Below, one piece after another: positions 30,940 through 43,511 of a DNA stretch of 64,000 nucleotides. The position numbers were made by a program, and so were the translations under genes. The stretch comes from Kofleriaceae bacterium (GTDB lineage: Bacteria; Myxococcota_A; Polyangia; Haliangiales; Haliangiaceae): the NCBI GenBank assembly GCA_965215005.1, contig CBDCCZ010000042.1, forward strand, positions 213,202 through 277,201, read 5' to 3'. Position 1 is the stretch's first letter. Every line of letters begins with the position of its first letter. The notes below the pieces were generated by a model. The model had not been told where the DNA came from and searched no databases. It saw only the letters and a program-made list of their open reading frames with translations.

Positions 30940-32340
30940 ATGAAAGCGAAGAGCGGGAGGCACCGTCGAGTCGCACGAGCTGCCGCGGTCGGCGCACCTT
31001 CACTCAGCCCACTCGTCGCGCTGCTGCTCGTTGGCTGGATTTCTGGCTGCAGCGGCGCTCGCGGCACCATTGAGCTCACGGTGACAGCCGCTCCCGAGAG
31101 CGAGCTGCTCGCGCAGCTCGACCGCGTGCGCCTCACCCTCACCTCGCCCGGTCTCACCGTGGAGCGCAGCCGCGCCGCCGATGGCAGCTTTGCGCTCGCG
31201 CTCGACGTCGACGCCCAGGGACAGCTCGGCCAGGTGATCTTTGAAGGCTTCGATGACGCCGGCGAACTCATTGCTTACGGTCGCACGCCGCCGCTTCCAA
31301 TCGCGGCCATCGACGCTGCCGTTACCATCTATGTCGCGCCGCCGCTGTCGGTGCGCCAGGCCCCGGCGACGCTGCTGCCGCCGCGTGATGAGCTCGGCAC
31401 CGCCGCCCTGGCGTATGGCGCGGCGTTGGTTGGCGGGCGCTTGGCGGACGGCTCACCGTCGGCGGCGATGAGCATCTACAACGCGTATGACCACGCGATG
31501 CAGGAGGAAGCGCCGCTGCCCGAAGCGCGCCGCTCGATGCTCGCGCTCGCCGGCGCCAACGGCGACATCTATGCGTTCGGTGGCCTCGATGCCAGCGCCG
31601 CGGCGCGCGCCGAAGGGTGGCGGTACGTGCCCAGCGCCGGCGGCTATGTCGCGCTCATGGCCGAGCCCTCGCTGGCGCGCGCCGGGGCTGCCGGAGCGCC
31701 TCTCGGCGGCGAGCGCTTCGTCATCGCTGGTGACCCGCTGCTGGTCCTCGACGGCCTCGCTAGCAGCATCACGCCGCTGCCCGAGCAGCCCGCACAGCTC
31801 GGCGCCGTTGCCTCGAGCCGCACCGGTCGCCTCATCGACACCTTGTTTGCCGATAGTAGCGGCCTGGCGCTGCTCAGCGGCGGTGAGCTCGTCGCCGTCG
31901 ATGCTCCCAGCGACGCGCTGCGCACCGGCCACGCCATCGTGGTGCTACCCGGGGGCGACTTTCTGATCCTCGGCGGCAGCGACGCCACCGGCCCCGTCGC
32001 TTCCGCGGTTCGCGTAGAACCCCGCAACCGCGCCGCGACGAGCATCGCCTCGGTGTTGGCCACGCCACGCCGCGATGCCGCCATTGCCGCAACCGGCGAG
32101 CTCATCGCCATTGCCGGCGGCACCCTCGACGACGGCACCGTCGCAGGCGACGTTGAGCTCATCGACGCCGTCACGCTCGCCCCGCTGAAACGCGAGCCGC
32201 TCATCGTCGCCCGCACCGGCGCCGCGGCGGTGGCCTTGCCGAGCGGTCACATCCTCATCGCAGGCGGCACTGACGCCAGCGGCGCACCGGTCGCCGTCCT
32301 AGAGCTGGTGACGCCGAGCGCCGCTGCGCTCACCCCTTGA
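30940..32340 (+). CDS. Kelch-repeat lipoprotein
   Basis: Lipobox-like ISGC; repeated GG-containing blades (YAFGG, LILGG, IAGG). Confidence 0.7.
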   Translation: MKAKSGRHRRVARAAAVGAPSLSPLVALLLVGWISGCSGARGTIELTVTAAPESELLAQLDRVRLTLTSPGLTVERSRAADGSFALALDVDAQGQLGQVIFEGFDDAGELIAYGRTPPLPIAAIDAAVTIYVAPPLSVRQAPATLLPPRDELGTAALAYGAALVGGRLADGSPSAAMSIYNAYDHAMQEEAPLPEARRSMLALAGANGDIYAFGGLDASAAARAEGWRYVPSAGGYVALMAEPSLARAGAAGAPLGGERFVIAGDPLLVLDGLASSITPLPEQPAQLGAVASSRTGRLIDTLFADSSGLALLSGGELVAVDAPSDALRTGHAIVVLPGGDFLILGGSDATGPVASAVRVEPRNRAATSIASVLATPRRDAAIAATGELIAIAGGTLDDGTVAGDVELIDAVTLAPLKREPLIVARTGAAAVALPSGHILIAGGTDASGAPVAVLELVTPSAAALTP

Positions 32341-32393
32341 CGGGCGGCAGCGGATCGAGCGGCGTGTCGATGCCCTGGGGCAATAGGTCGTCT

Positions 32394-33260
32394 TCAGGCC
32401 GCACCGGCTCTTGCCCCGGCAGTGGATCGCGGGGCGGAAAGATCGGCGGTGGCTTCATCGACCGCGCGGTCGGCGATAGCTGCCCCCCAGATCAAGAACG
32501 TCACCAGCCACAGCGTCGGCGGCCACACCATGTACTCGGGAAAGATCCACAGGATGCCGCACAACACCCCAAGGGCGACATTGATGAACACAAAGATGTT
32601 GGCCGCTTTGGAGCGCATCACGCCGATCTTGGGCATGCGCAGCGACGAGGACATCAAGTAGCCGCCGATGATCAGCGCAAGCGGGGTGAGCTGCCAGATG
32701 AATGACGGGGTTACGAAGTCGCCAAACAGCTTGAAGCCGCCAAACGTCTCACCGGGCATCGCGTACTTGTTGAGCGCCAAGTACCAGATCATGAGCCAGC
32801 CGCCGGCAAGCGTGGTGGGGACGCCAAAAAAGATCTTTAGCGCCCCCGGATGCTGCTCGACGTCGGGCGTGATGTTGTAGCGAGCGAGGCGAAACGTGGC
32901 GCCAAAAATCCATACCGCCGACGACAACATCAGCAAGATGCGCCCGGTGCCGCTGTCAAACGGCGGCGACTGGCCAAGCGAGGTGTAGAGCAAGAACGCC
33001 GGCGCGACACCGAAATTGAGCATGTCGGCGAAGCTGTCGAGCTGCACGCCAAGCTCACTGGTCCCGCGCACTGCCCGCGCGACCAAGCCATCGAGGCGAT
33101 CGGTGAGCACCGCCCAGATGATCAGCCACGCGGCGGTGATGTGACGACCTTCATAGCTCGCCACCAGCGACAACAAGCCAAACGTGAGGCTGCCGGTGGT
33201 GATCAAGTTCGGCGCCAGGTAGCGCATCGCGCGCACGACGGAATGTTGGCCGGTTCTCAC
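32394..33260 (-). CDS. CDP-alcohol phosphatidyltransferase (PssA-like)
   Basis: PNLIT, DRLDGLVAR..G..LDSFAD..FGVAP, FRLARYN; possible frameshift near the C-terminus. Confidence 0.85.
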   Translation of the reverse strand: MRTGQHSVVRAMRYLAPNLITTGSLTFGLLSLVASYEGRHITAAWLIIWAVLTDRLDGLVARAVRGTSELGVQLDSFADMLNFGVAPAFLLYTSLGQSPPFDSGTGRILLMLSSAVWIFGATFRLARYNITPDVEQHPGALKIFFGVPTTLAGGWLMIWYLALNKYAMPGETFGGFKLFGDFVTPSFIWQLTPLALIIGGYLMSSSLRMPKIGVMRSKAANIFVFINVALGVLCGILWIFPEYMVWPPTLWLVTFLIWGAAIADRAVDEATADLSAPRSTAGARAGAA

Positions 33261-33261
33261 T

Positions 33262-33717
33262 TCAACCTTCGCTTTCTTGCTCGCGCTCGTCACTGCCCGA
33301 AGGAGTAGCGCGCTCTGCAGCACGTTGCATGAGCTTGGAATACAGCCGCTGGCCCAAGCTCTCGATCATCAGCTTCTCCACCACTCGCTCGACGTGGGCA
33401 CGCTCGTTGGCGTCGATATAAACGAAGCGAATGCCCAAGCCAGGCTCGCCCGTGCGCTCGTCGGTGCCGCACCACTGCACTTGCCCGCGCACCCGCAGCG
33501 GCTCAGCCAAGGTCGGGACATATAGCTTGAAGAGCAGCTCCGTCCCAGCGGCCATCACGGCGTCGGTGCGGATGAAGGTTCCGCCCCTGGAGATGTTGCG
33601 AGTGTAGTCGGCGAAAAAGGTGTTGAGTCGCTGATACTCGATCTTTAGCTCGACGGGCTGGCGCTGATGCGCGCGCCGATCGTCGCGCTCTGGCCCTGCC
33701 TCGGCGTCATCGCCCAT
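33262..33717 (-). CDS. Stand-alone PilZ domain protein (TIGR02266-like)
   Basis: RAHQR (RxxxR) and NISRGG (D/NxSxxG), GLGIRF. Confidence 0.85.
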   Translation of the reverse strand: MGDDAEAGPERDDRRAHQRQPVELKIEYQRLNTFFADYTRNISRGGTFIRTDAVMAAGTELLFKLYVPTLAEPLRVRGQVQWCGTDERTGEPGLGIRFVYIDANERAHVERVVEKLMIESLGQRLYSKLMQRAAERATPSGSDEREQESEG

Positions 33718-33930
33718 GTCGTCGCCCCTCACGAACGCGCACTGTAAAGGAGTCGTCGCGCTCACGCCACCGAGCCGAGCGACTGGACTCGTGGTTGACG
33801 GTCAAAGTCTCGCATGACGAATGCCCGCACCGGCGGTGGAGTCGCCGCGATGGGCTGCCATGATGAGCTCGCGGCGACGTCGTAGCGCCGGCGGCCGGCG
33901 CGCCCGCGACGCTTGTGGCAAGCTCGGTCG

Positions 33931-36318
33931 ATGTCGCTCGACCCTGTGAGCCGCACCCGCGCGCTCCTGCGCGGCTGGCTGCGCTGGCGCCGGCGGTTGG
34001 TGTGGACGGTGCTCATCGCGCTCGCCGCCGCGGCACTCGCTGCAGTTCCGTTGCTGGACTTTCTCGGCTTTGGCTTCGCGTTCGCCACCGCGCTGCTCGC
34101 CGCGGTGGCCGCCGCCGACCTCGGTGCCGCTCGAGTGCGCCGTGCCCGCGCGTCCGCCGTTCAAACGCGTCCCGGGACCACAGTTCGGGATTTATGGCTT
34201 GCGGCGAGCATCGACGGTGTCCTGCTGCTCGTAGCACCGCTGCTCATCATCTCCGTCAACGCGCTGCGCGTTCGCAACTGCGACTGGTGGTTCGGGCTGC
34301 AATCCTACGTCCTCATGCCGGTGCTATCGGCGGTCTTGCTCAGCGGCGTCGGTGTGCTCTGCGGATTGCTCGCGGGCCCGCGACGACGGCTTTCGATCGC
34401 GCTGCCCTACCTGGTGGTGCTCGGCTCGATCGCGTTGTCGCTGTGGCGGTTCTACGCCGCGCCGCCGGTGTTCTCCTACAATCCCTTGGTCGGCTACTTT
34501 CCTGGCAACCTGTACGACGAAGACCTCGCCTTCGGCGCGCCGTTCTACTTCGCGCGGCTCTATCAGTTTGCCGGCGTGAGCGCGCTGCTGGCGCTGGCGG
34601 CGGTGCGGCTCGATGTTCCGCGCCTGGCGGTGCGGCTGCGCCAGCCGCGTCCCGCAAGCGGGCGCAGGCGACCACTCGCGGCGGCGCTGCTACTGGCAGC
34701 GCTCACTGCAGCCCTGTCCATGGAGTCTGGCAGCCTCGGCTTTGCCATCGATGAGGCCGAGCTGGCCAAGGCTCTTCCTGGCCGCTACGAGACCGAGCAT
34801 TTCGTCATTCACTATCCAGCGGGCGGCGACATCGCGCGCGACATCGCCGCGATCGCCGCGGACCACGAGTTTCGTCTTCAGCAAGTGGTTGCAACGCTCG
34901 GGGTGAGGCCTGCGGGCAAGATCACCTCGTTTTATTTCGGCGACGCGGAGCAGAAATTCCGCTTGATGGGCGCGCGCAACGTCTACATGGCCAAGCCGTG
35001 GCGGCACGAGATCTATCTCAATCACAGCTCGTTCCCGCACCAGATCTTGCGCCACGAGATCGCGCATGTCGTCGCCGGCGCCTTCGGTGGACCGATATTT
35101 GCCGTGAGCGCGCGCGGCCCCTTCGGGCTGCCGCTGTTCTTCAACGTCGGTCTCATCGAGGGCATCGCCGTTGCCGCTGACTGGCCCGATCACTTCACGC
35201 GCGAGCTCACCCCGCATCAATCGGTGAAAGCGATGAAGCAGCTCGACCTGGCGCCGCCGGTCGAGCAGGTGCTCTCGACTGGTTTTCTATCCCTTGCGTC
35301 CGCGCGCAGCTATACCGTCGCGGGCTCGCTGGTGCGATATCTGCTCGACCGCCATGGTGCCGAACGTCTGCGCACGCTGTATCGCACCGGCGGCGACTTT
35401 CGCCGCGCCTACGGTCGCTCGCAAGAGGTGCTGCTAGGCGAGTGGCAGCAGTTCATCGATGAAGAGGTAACCCTGCCGCCGCGCGCTGCCGAGATCGTCC
35501 GCGAGCGATTTCGCATGCCCAGCATCTTCGAGCGACCCTGTCCGCACGCCATCGCGCGCAAGCGGCGGCGAGCCGCTGAAGCGGTCGGGACCGGCGAGGC
35601 CGAGCAAGCGGTCCGCCTACTGCAGGAGGTGTGCAGCGCGGTGCCGGGTGAGCCGAGCTATCGGCTCGAGCTGGCCGGGGTAATGGCAATTGCTGGCCTG
35701 AAGGACAAGGCCGCGGCGATCTACGAACAGCTCGCCAACGTCGAAGAGCTATCCTCCTCGGTGCGTGCACAGGCGCTGGTGGGGCTGGCCGACCTATCCG
35801 CGCGCGCTGGCAATTTCGCCAGTGCAGCCGAAATTCTGGCTCGCGCGGAGACGCTGCCGCTGCCGGACGACGAGCTCCGCAACGTGGTTGCCCGGCGACT
35901 GGCAGCGCTGCACCAGGGCGCGAGCGCGCCGGCGCTGCGGGCGTATTTCTGGGGCGCCAACCCGGCGTATGGCTATGACGCGCTGGCGCTGATGGGCCGG
36001 GCCGCTCGCGCCGTGACCCTCGAGCCGACGCTGGGCCTGGGGCACTACCTGCTTGGCCGCAACCTCACCGGCCATGGTGCGCCGGCGGAGGCAGCGGCCG
36101 AGCTGGAGCTGGCCCTCGAGCTTGGGCTGCCGGACTCGCTATTCGTCCGCGAAGCGGCGCGCCAACTCGCCGAAGCGGCGTACTTGGCCGGCGACGCGCG
36201 GGCGGTGCAGAAAGCCGCCGCGATCCTGCTGGCGCCGGAGCAGCCGCGGGTAACGCGGCTCTACGGGCAAGACTGGCTCGATCGGTTGGCGTGGGACCGC
36301 GCCCGCGGGTCGGACTAG
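33931..36318 (+). CDS. Membrane protein with HExxH (gluzincin/peptidase MA-like) domain and TPR-like C-terminus
   Basis: Several TMs; LRHEIAH..EGIA; helical repeats. Confidence 0.72.
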   Translation: MSLDPVSRTRALLRGWLRWRRRLVWTVLIALAAAALAAVPLLDFLGFGFAFATALLAAVAAADLGAARVRRARASAVQTRPGTTVRDLWLAASIDGVLLLVAPLLIISVNALRVRNCDWWFGLQSYVLMPVLSAVLLSGVGVLCGLLAGPRRRLSIALPYLVVLGSIALSLWRFYAAPPVFSYNPLVGYFPGNLYDEDLAFGAPFYFARLYQFAGVSALLALAAVRLDVPRLAVRLRQPRPASGRRRPLAAALLLAALTAALSMESGSLGFAIDEAELAKALPGRYETEHFVIHYPAGGDIARDIAAIAADHEFRLQQVVATLGVRPAGKITSFYFGDAEQKFRLMGARNVYMAKPWRHEIYLNHSSFPHQILRHEIAHVVAGAFGGPIFAVSARGPFGLPLFFNVGLIEGIAVAADWPDHFTRELTPHQSVKAMKQLDLAPPVEQVLSTGFLSLASARSYTVAGSLVRYLLDRHGAERLRTLYRTGGDFRRAYGRSQEVLLGEWQQFIDEEVTLPPRAAEIVRERFRMPSIFERPCPHAIARKRRRAAEAVGTGEAEQAVRLLQEVCSAVPGEPSYRLELAGVMAIAGLKDKAAAIYEQLANVEELSSSVRAQALVGLADLSARAGNFASAAEILARAETLPLPDDELRNVVARRLAALHQGASAPALRAYFWGANPAYGYDALALMGRAARAVTLEPTLGLGHYLLGRNLTGHGAPAEAAAELELALELGLPDSLFVREAARQLAEAAYLAGDARAVQKAAAILLAPEQPRVTRLYGQDWLDRLAWDRARGSD

Positions 36319-36346
36319 GGATCAAAGGCGCGCAAACGCCGCGGCC

Positions 36347-36865
36347 TCACATGCCGGAAAGAAATTTCCAGCGGTCGTTCTTCCACTCGAGGACGAACTG
36401 GTTCTGATCGCGCTTGTCCGGACGCTTTTCGAGTCCGCGGGCGTCGGCGACGCTGTAGCTCGCATCGAGGAGCACGTCGATATAGGCGCGACACCCCTCG
36501 CGGCTGTCATCATCGTCATCGGGGCATTGGCGCTCGATGTCCATGTAGCGAATCGAGTAGCGGATGTTGTCGGCCTTTTGAAAGCGCCCGCGCAACACCT
36601 CGAGAAGCCCTTCATAGCCGTAGTCGTCGCTGCCGCTGGGCGTGCCACCATCTTCCCAGTAATCCTCCGACGCCATCAACATGAGCGCCGCGGTGTCCTT
36701 GCGCTCAACCGCAATGCGGTATTCCTCGAGCGCCGCGATGATGTCGCGATTGTCTTGGGTGTCGGCCACCCGGGTTCCGGGAATGGTGGTCTGCTGCTTG
36801 GCGCAGCCTAACGAGTGGCCAGCGATAAGCAGCGCACAGAAAAACATGGCAGGAAAAGTTCGCAT
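36347..36865 (-). CDS. Lipoprotein with NTF2-like domain
   Basis: Lipobox-like SLGC; YRIAVERKD..ASEDY, WKFLSGM. Confidence 0.7.
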   Translation of the reverse strand: MRTFPAMFFCALLIAGHSLGCAKQQTTIPGTRVADTQDNRDIIAALEEYRIAVERKDTAALMLMASEDYWEDGGTPSGSDDYGYEGLLEVLRGRFQKADNIRYSIRYMDIERQCPDDDDDSREGCRAYIDVLLDASYSVADARGLEKRPDKRDQNQFVLEWKNDRWKFLSGM

Positions 36866-36930
36866 CAGGTTGCTCTTTCGAAACTCGGAGCCGGCATAAC
36901 GGCCGGCGACCAGAATCTATTCCGCGCACG

Positions 36931-37908
36931 CTACCCCAGCGGCTCCTCGCTCGCCAGCGCCGGCATTCGCCCGAGCTGGCGCCAACTCTGGAGCCGCGCC
37001 AGATAGTCGCGAAAGTTCTTTGCCGGGTTGTCGATCCCCGGCAGATACACGTCGGTGATTCGGGTGACGGTGAAGCGCAGCGCCGCGGCGCGCGCCTCTA
37101 TGTACAGCGCAGCGCGGTCGGCGGGAAGAAGCGGACGCAGCGTCTGGTAGCCGGCTAGTAGCGCGGCGATGCGGTCAACGCGAAAGCCACCGGCGTAGCA
37201 CCAATCGCTGATACAAACCGCCAAATCGTAGGCAAGCGAGCCCACCGACGCTTGCTCGAAGTCGATGAGCGCAACCAGCGAGTCGCCCTCGAAGAGCACG
37301 TTGTCGCAGAACAGATCGCCGTGAATGATGCCGCGGGTGGCGCTGGCGCGCGCAGCGGCGTGGGCCTCGAGCCACTCGATCTCCTGCGCCAAGAGAGCCA
37401 CCACCGGCGCCAGCGCCGGCTCACCGCGGCGGCGCACCGACTCGAACCGGGCGACGATGTGGGCAAAGGTATAGATGCCCTGCCCCGGGTGGCTCGCAGC
37501 CAGCGGCAGGCCCGCCAAGTGCAAGCTCGCCAAGGCGCGGCCGAGCGCGCGGCAATCGTCGGTCGTGACGGTTTGCGGCACGCGATGCTCGCCGGGCAAC
37601 CACGGAAACACGCTCACCCACTGCGCGCGATGCTCGCTGTAGCGGCGCCCGTCGCGCGCCATCAGCGGCGATGGCGTCGGGACCCCAGCGGCCGCGAGCG
37701 CCGTGACCAGTGAGGCCTCATAGGCCACCATCGCTTCCGGCTTGCCTTCATTGATGCGCACAAAGTGACGCCCTGCGGCGGTCTCGACGGCGAAGTTGGA
37801 GTTGACGGTTCCAGCGGCAATAGGCCGCCAGGTGCGCACCGGGCCGAGCTCGAACGCCGTGGCGATGGCAGCGAGATCGACCTCGTTTAGCAGCGTGAAC
37901 GTGCCCAC
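36931..37908 (-). CDS. thrB: Homoserine kinase type II (APH-like)
   Basis: GTVNSNF, IHGDLFCDNVLF, IDF, ALRFTVTR. Confidence 0.82.
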   Translation of the reverse strand: MGTFTLLNEVDLAAIATAFELGPVRTWRPIAAGTVNSNFAVETAAGRHFVRINEGKPEAMVAYEASLVTALAAAGVPTPSPLMARDGRRYSEHRAQWVSVFPWLPGEHRVPQTVTTDDCRALGRALASLHLAGLPLAASHPGQGIYTFAHIVARFESVRRRGEPALAPVVALLAQEIEWLEAHAAARASATRGIIHGDLFCDNVLFEGDSLVALIDFEQASVGSLAYDLAVCISDWCYAGGFRVDRIAALLAGYQTLRPLLPADRAALYIEARAAALRFTVTRITDVYLPGIDNPAKNFRDYLARLQSWRQLGRMPALASEEPLG

Positions 37909-37913
37909 GCGCG

Positions 37914-39041
37914 TTAGGCAGCCTGATCCGCCGCCGAACGCAGCGTTCCTTCGGTTTGGTAGCGCTCGAAGAGATTGCCCCAAGAGGTCTCGGCGCGCCA
38001 AGCGTCGAACACTTGGCGGTCCTTGAGCGGCCAGCGGTAGTAGTCGTGATAGAGCTCCGACCCTGCGACGAACACCTTGACGAGCGGGGTGTGAAAGAAC
38101 AGCTTTTGAAACCGCTTGAGCGGTCCAAACCACATCAGGTCGCCGATGCGCGAGGCGCCGTTGTCCCCCACCGAGAAGCCCCAACGCTCGTCGGCGAGAT
38201 GGGTATCACCCACGACCTCGATGTCCTCGCGCTTGCCTTTGCCCAGCCCCTGCTCGTGGGCCAGGCGGATGTACTCAAGGCTCATCGGATCGAACCCCAT
38301 CATCGCCGCGGCGACCGCATCGATGGCGACCTGATCGTCAGAGGCGAGCATCACATCTTTGATCACCGGCCGCATCGTGCGCGGCCCCGGCCCATCACCG
38401 GCAGTGGTGCCATCCATGACCGCAAACAGGCCGGAGTGGATTTCCTTTTGAATCGCCAGCAAGTCGACCAGCGTGGCGTGAATCCACGAGTGGGTGTAGT
38501 GACGCTTGGTGTTGAGCAGCCCGCCAAAGGCGTTTTTCATGGCGCCGGTGGTGGTGGTGTAGATGTGACACTTGACCGTGGGCAGATGAACGATGTTGGT
38601 GCCGTGAAAGTCGTCGGGAATGAGGATTCCCTCGGGATAGATGCGGTCGAGGACGTTCATCTTCGCTTTGGGCGTATAGATCGACCAACGCATGTCCTCG
38701 GGCTTGAAGTTGTAGCGAACCGGTACGCCGTACTCGCCAAAGATCGGCAAGTAGCCATTGAGGTCTTCGCCCTTGAAGGCATCGGTGACGACGGTCTTGT
38801 TCTGCACGCACACCTGATCGCGATAGCCACGCGCCGCTAGCGCCCGCACCGTCCCCTCTAGCTGCCAAGGGGTGGTATTGGCGCCGGGAAACGGGTAGTG
38901 CCAGGAGATGTTGTCCTTGAGGATCGTCTGTGCCGACGGCTCGAGCGCCCGCTCGACCTCGGCGAGCTGAAACAGGCGATCGATATCCTCGAGGACGGAG
39001 TCGGGTGCAACCCGAAGAACGGCGACCTTGGACCGGCTCAT
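37914..39041 (-). CDS. DUF362 domain protein
   Basis: LKDNISWH, LPTVKCH..TTGAMKNAFG, DQVAIDAV. Confidence 0.8.
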   Translation of the reverse strand: MSRSKVAVLRVAPDSVLEDIDRLFQLAEVERALEPSAQTILKDNISWHYPFPGANTTPWQLEGTVRALAARGYRDQVCVQNKTVVTDAFKGEDLNGYLPIFGEYGVPVRYNFKPEDMRWSIYTPKAKMNVLDRIYPEGILIPDDFHGTNIVHLPTVKCHIYTTTTGAMKNAFGGLLNTKRHYTHSWIHATLVDLLAIQKEIHSGLFAVMDGTTAGDGPGPRTMRPVIKDVMLASDDQVAIDAVAAAMMGFDPMSLEYIRLAHEQGLGKGKREDIEVVGDTHLADERWGFSVGDNGASRIGDLMWFGPLKRFQKLFFHTPLVKVFVAGSELYHDYYRWPLKDRQVFDAWRAETSWGNLFERYQTEGTLRSAADQAA

Positions 39042-39139
39042 CGGGGCAAGGCTAACGCGATCACCCGCGCCTCGCCAGCGACGCGGCACGCAAGCGGCGC
39101 GCTGCTTGGCGGTCGCGGGACAACACTGGCGCCGGCGCA

Positions 39140-40282
39140 CTACCGCTGCGATATGCAGCCGTTTGCTGCGCTCGAGTCGAGAATCCAGTCGGCGACGCGA
39201 CCCCAGACGCGCTCGAATCGCTGGCGGTGGAAGTCGCTGCCGGAGGGGAGCCAGTCGGTGTGCCGCTCACCGGTGTCGTACTGGCCGACGACGTCGAGAT
39301 GGTCCGACGCCACGGTGTCGAGAACCTGGCCATAAATCTGGCTGAGGGCGGGGACCACCCCGTCATTGCTGCGCCGGGTGATCTCGAACCCGAGCTCATC
39401 GTCGGTGCCGCTCAGAACGCCCTCGCCGGGATGCGGGTACGGATAGTGGCGATGCTCGCGGCTCGCCAGCGCGTAAAGAAGCGCGAACGCGGCATACATC
39501 GTGAGCTTGGCGGGAGCGATGAAGGAGCTGAGCGCGACGGTGGTTAGCGGCGACGGCGCAGCGGTCACCACGCTGGCGTAGCGGACGCGCTCGCGGTCGA
39601 TCACCGCGGCATTGAAGAGATTCATGCTCTCCGGTGTGAGCTGGATGATCGCCCCCTGATCGGCTGCGACCTCGCGCAAGAATTCCCACATCGGATCGTC
39701 GGGATCGCGAGACACCCGCGACAGCGCGCGCTGCGCCCACGCATCGAGGAAGGTGTCGGTGCGGCCGAGATAGTCGTCCAGGTGGGCGATGGTCTTGAGG
39801 ATGCGACTGACGGCATACAAGCCATAGCGGCCGCCCGTGGTCGTGGCCAGCACCGAGAGCAGCTCGAGCATGCGGCGCCCCGGCAGCGTCGTGAAGAACC
39901 CCGCGAGGGGAGTGCCGTAATGCGGCGTTGAGACGGTGACGCACGAGCGGGTGGTCGCGCCGACCCGCTCCTCGATGTCGCCTTCGCGTAGGCGCACGCC
40001 CGGGGTGAGCATGAGGCGCAGATCGAGACCCCCGGTGGAGTGTCCGACGAAGTGCAGCTCGTCGGCCTCGAGCCCACCGCGCTCGCTGATCTCGTCGAGC
40101 AGCCATTCGGCGCGACGACGGATCGAGGCGGTGGGCTTGGTCGAACAGTCAAACACCTCCGCCTGCAGTCCACGCTGTGCGAGTGCCTCGCGCAGCACCT
40201 TGCTCACGCCCAAGAAGTAGTTCATCCCGCCGAGCTTGGTGAACCCGAAGAAGCCAGGCACGAGATAGACTTGGCAACGCAT
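39140..40282 (-). CDS. Alpha/beta-hydrolase (lipase/esterase family)
   Basis: LVPGFFG, GHSTGG nucleophile elbow, TPHYGT, NDGVVP, DHL. Confidence 0.88.
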   Translation of the reverse strand: MRCQVYLVPGFFGFTKLGGMNYFLGVSKVLREALAQRGLQAEVFDCSTKPTASIRRRAEWLLDEISERGGLEADELHFVGHSTGGLDLRLMLTPGVRLREGDIEERVGATTRSCVTVSTPHYGTPLAGFFTTLPGRRMLELLSVLATTTGGRYGLYAVSRILKTIAHLDDYLGRTDTFLDAWAQRALSRVSRDPDDPMWEFLREVAADQGAIIQLTPESMNLFNAAVIDRERVRYASVVTAAPSPLTTVALSSFIAPAKLTMYAAFALLYALASREHRHYPYPHPGEGVLSGTDDELGFEITRRSNDGVVPALSQIYGQVLDTVASDHLDVVGQYDTGERHTDWLPSGSDFHRQRFERVWGRVADWILDSSAANGCISQR

Positions 40283-40352
40283 TCGCCCAGCAGTACGCAA
40301 CAGCGCCGCACGGCGCAACCCAATCGTCACGCGCTCGACCGCGCAGCTGCTC

Positions 40353-41870
<1,518 letters not shown>

Positions 41871-42025
41871 CGTTACTCCCCACGCCCGTTGGCGCGCAGG
41901 CGATCGGTATCACGTCCCGCTCACGGGTGGGCCCTCGACCTCTCAGCAATCCGCGGCAAATCTCGCCCACCGGCGCGCGCATTTCCCGGCGCGTCACGAC
42001 CGAGTGGCGGTCGCCGCGCGCTGCA

Positions 42026-43198
<1,173 letters not shown>

Positions 43199-43511
43199 AG
43201 TTGATATCCGTGGCCTCGGCGCCGAAGTGAGAGCGGTGCGCAGGGGGCGCTACAGTGCGCGAACCTTACCGGAAGCAAGCTAACTATCCACCTGACAATC
43301 GTTAACGGATCAGCCAGTTAGCGATGCGTTCACGTTCCAGTGGTAACAGTGGCCAGAGTGAGGCCGGCTCGCTCAGCTCGACCCGCTGAATACGGAATAG
43401 AACCACGGTAGGCGGAGCGAGGTCTCGCTCCCACTGCGGAAGTTCCTGCCCAATTCGCTGCGGCTCCGGCATCGTGTCGCCGCGGACGCTGAGGTAGAAT
43501 CAACCAGCACC

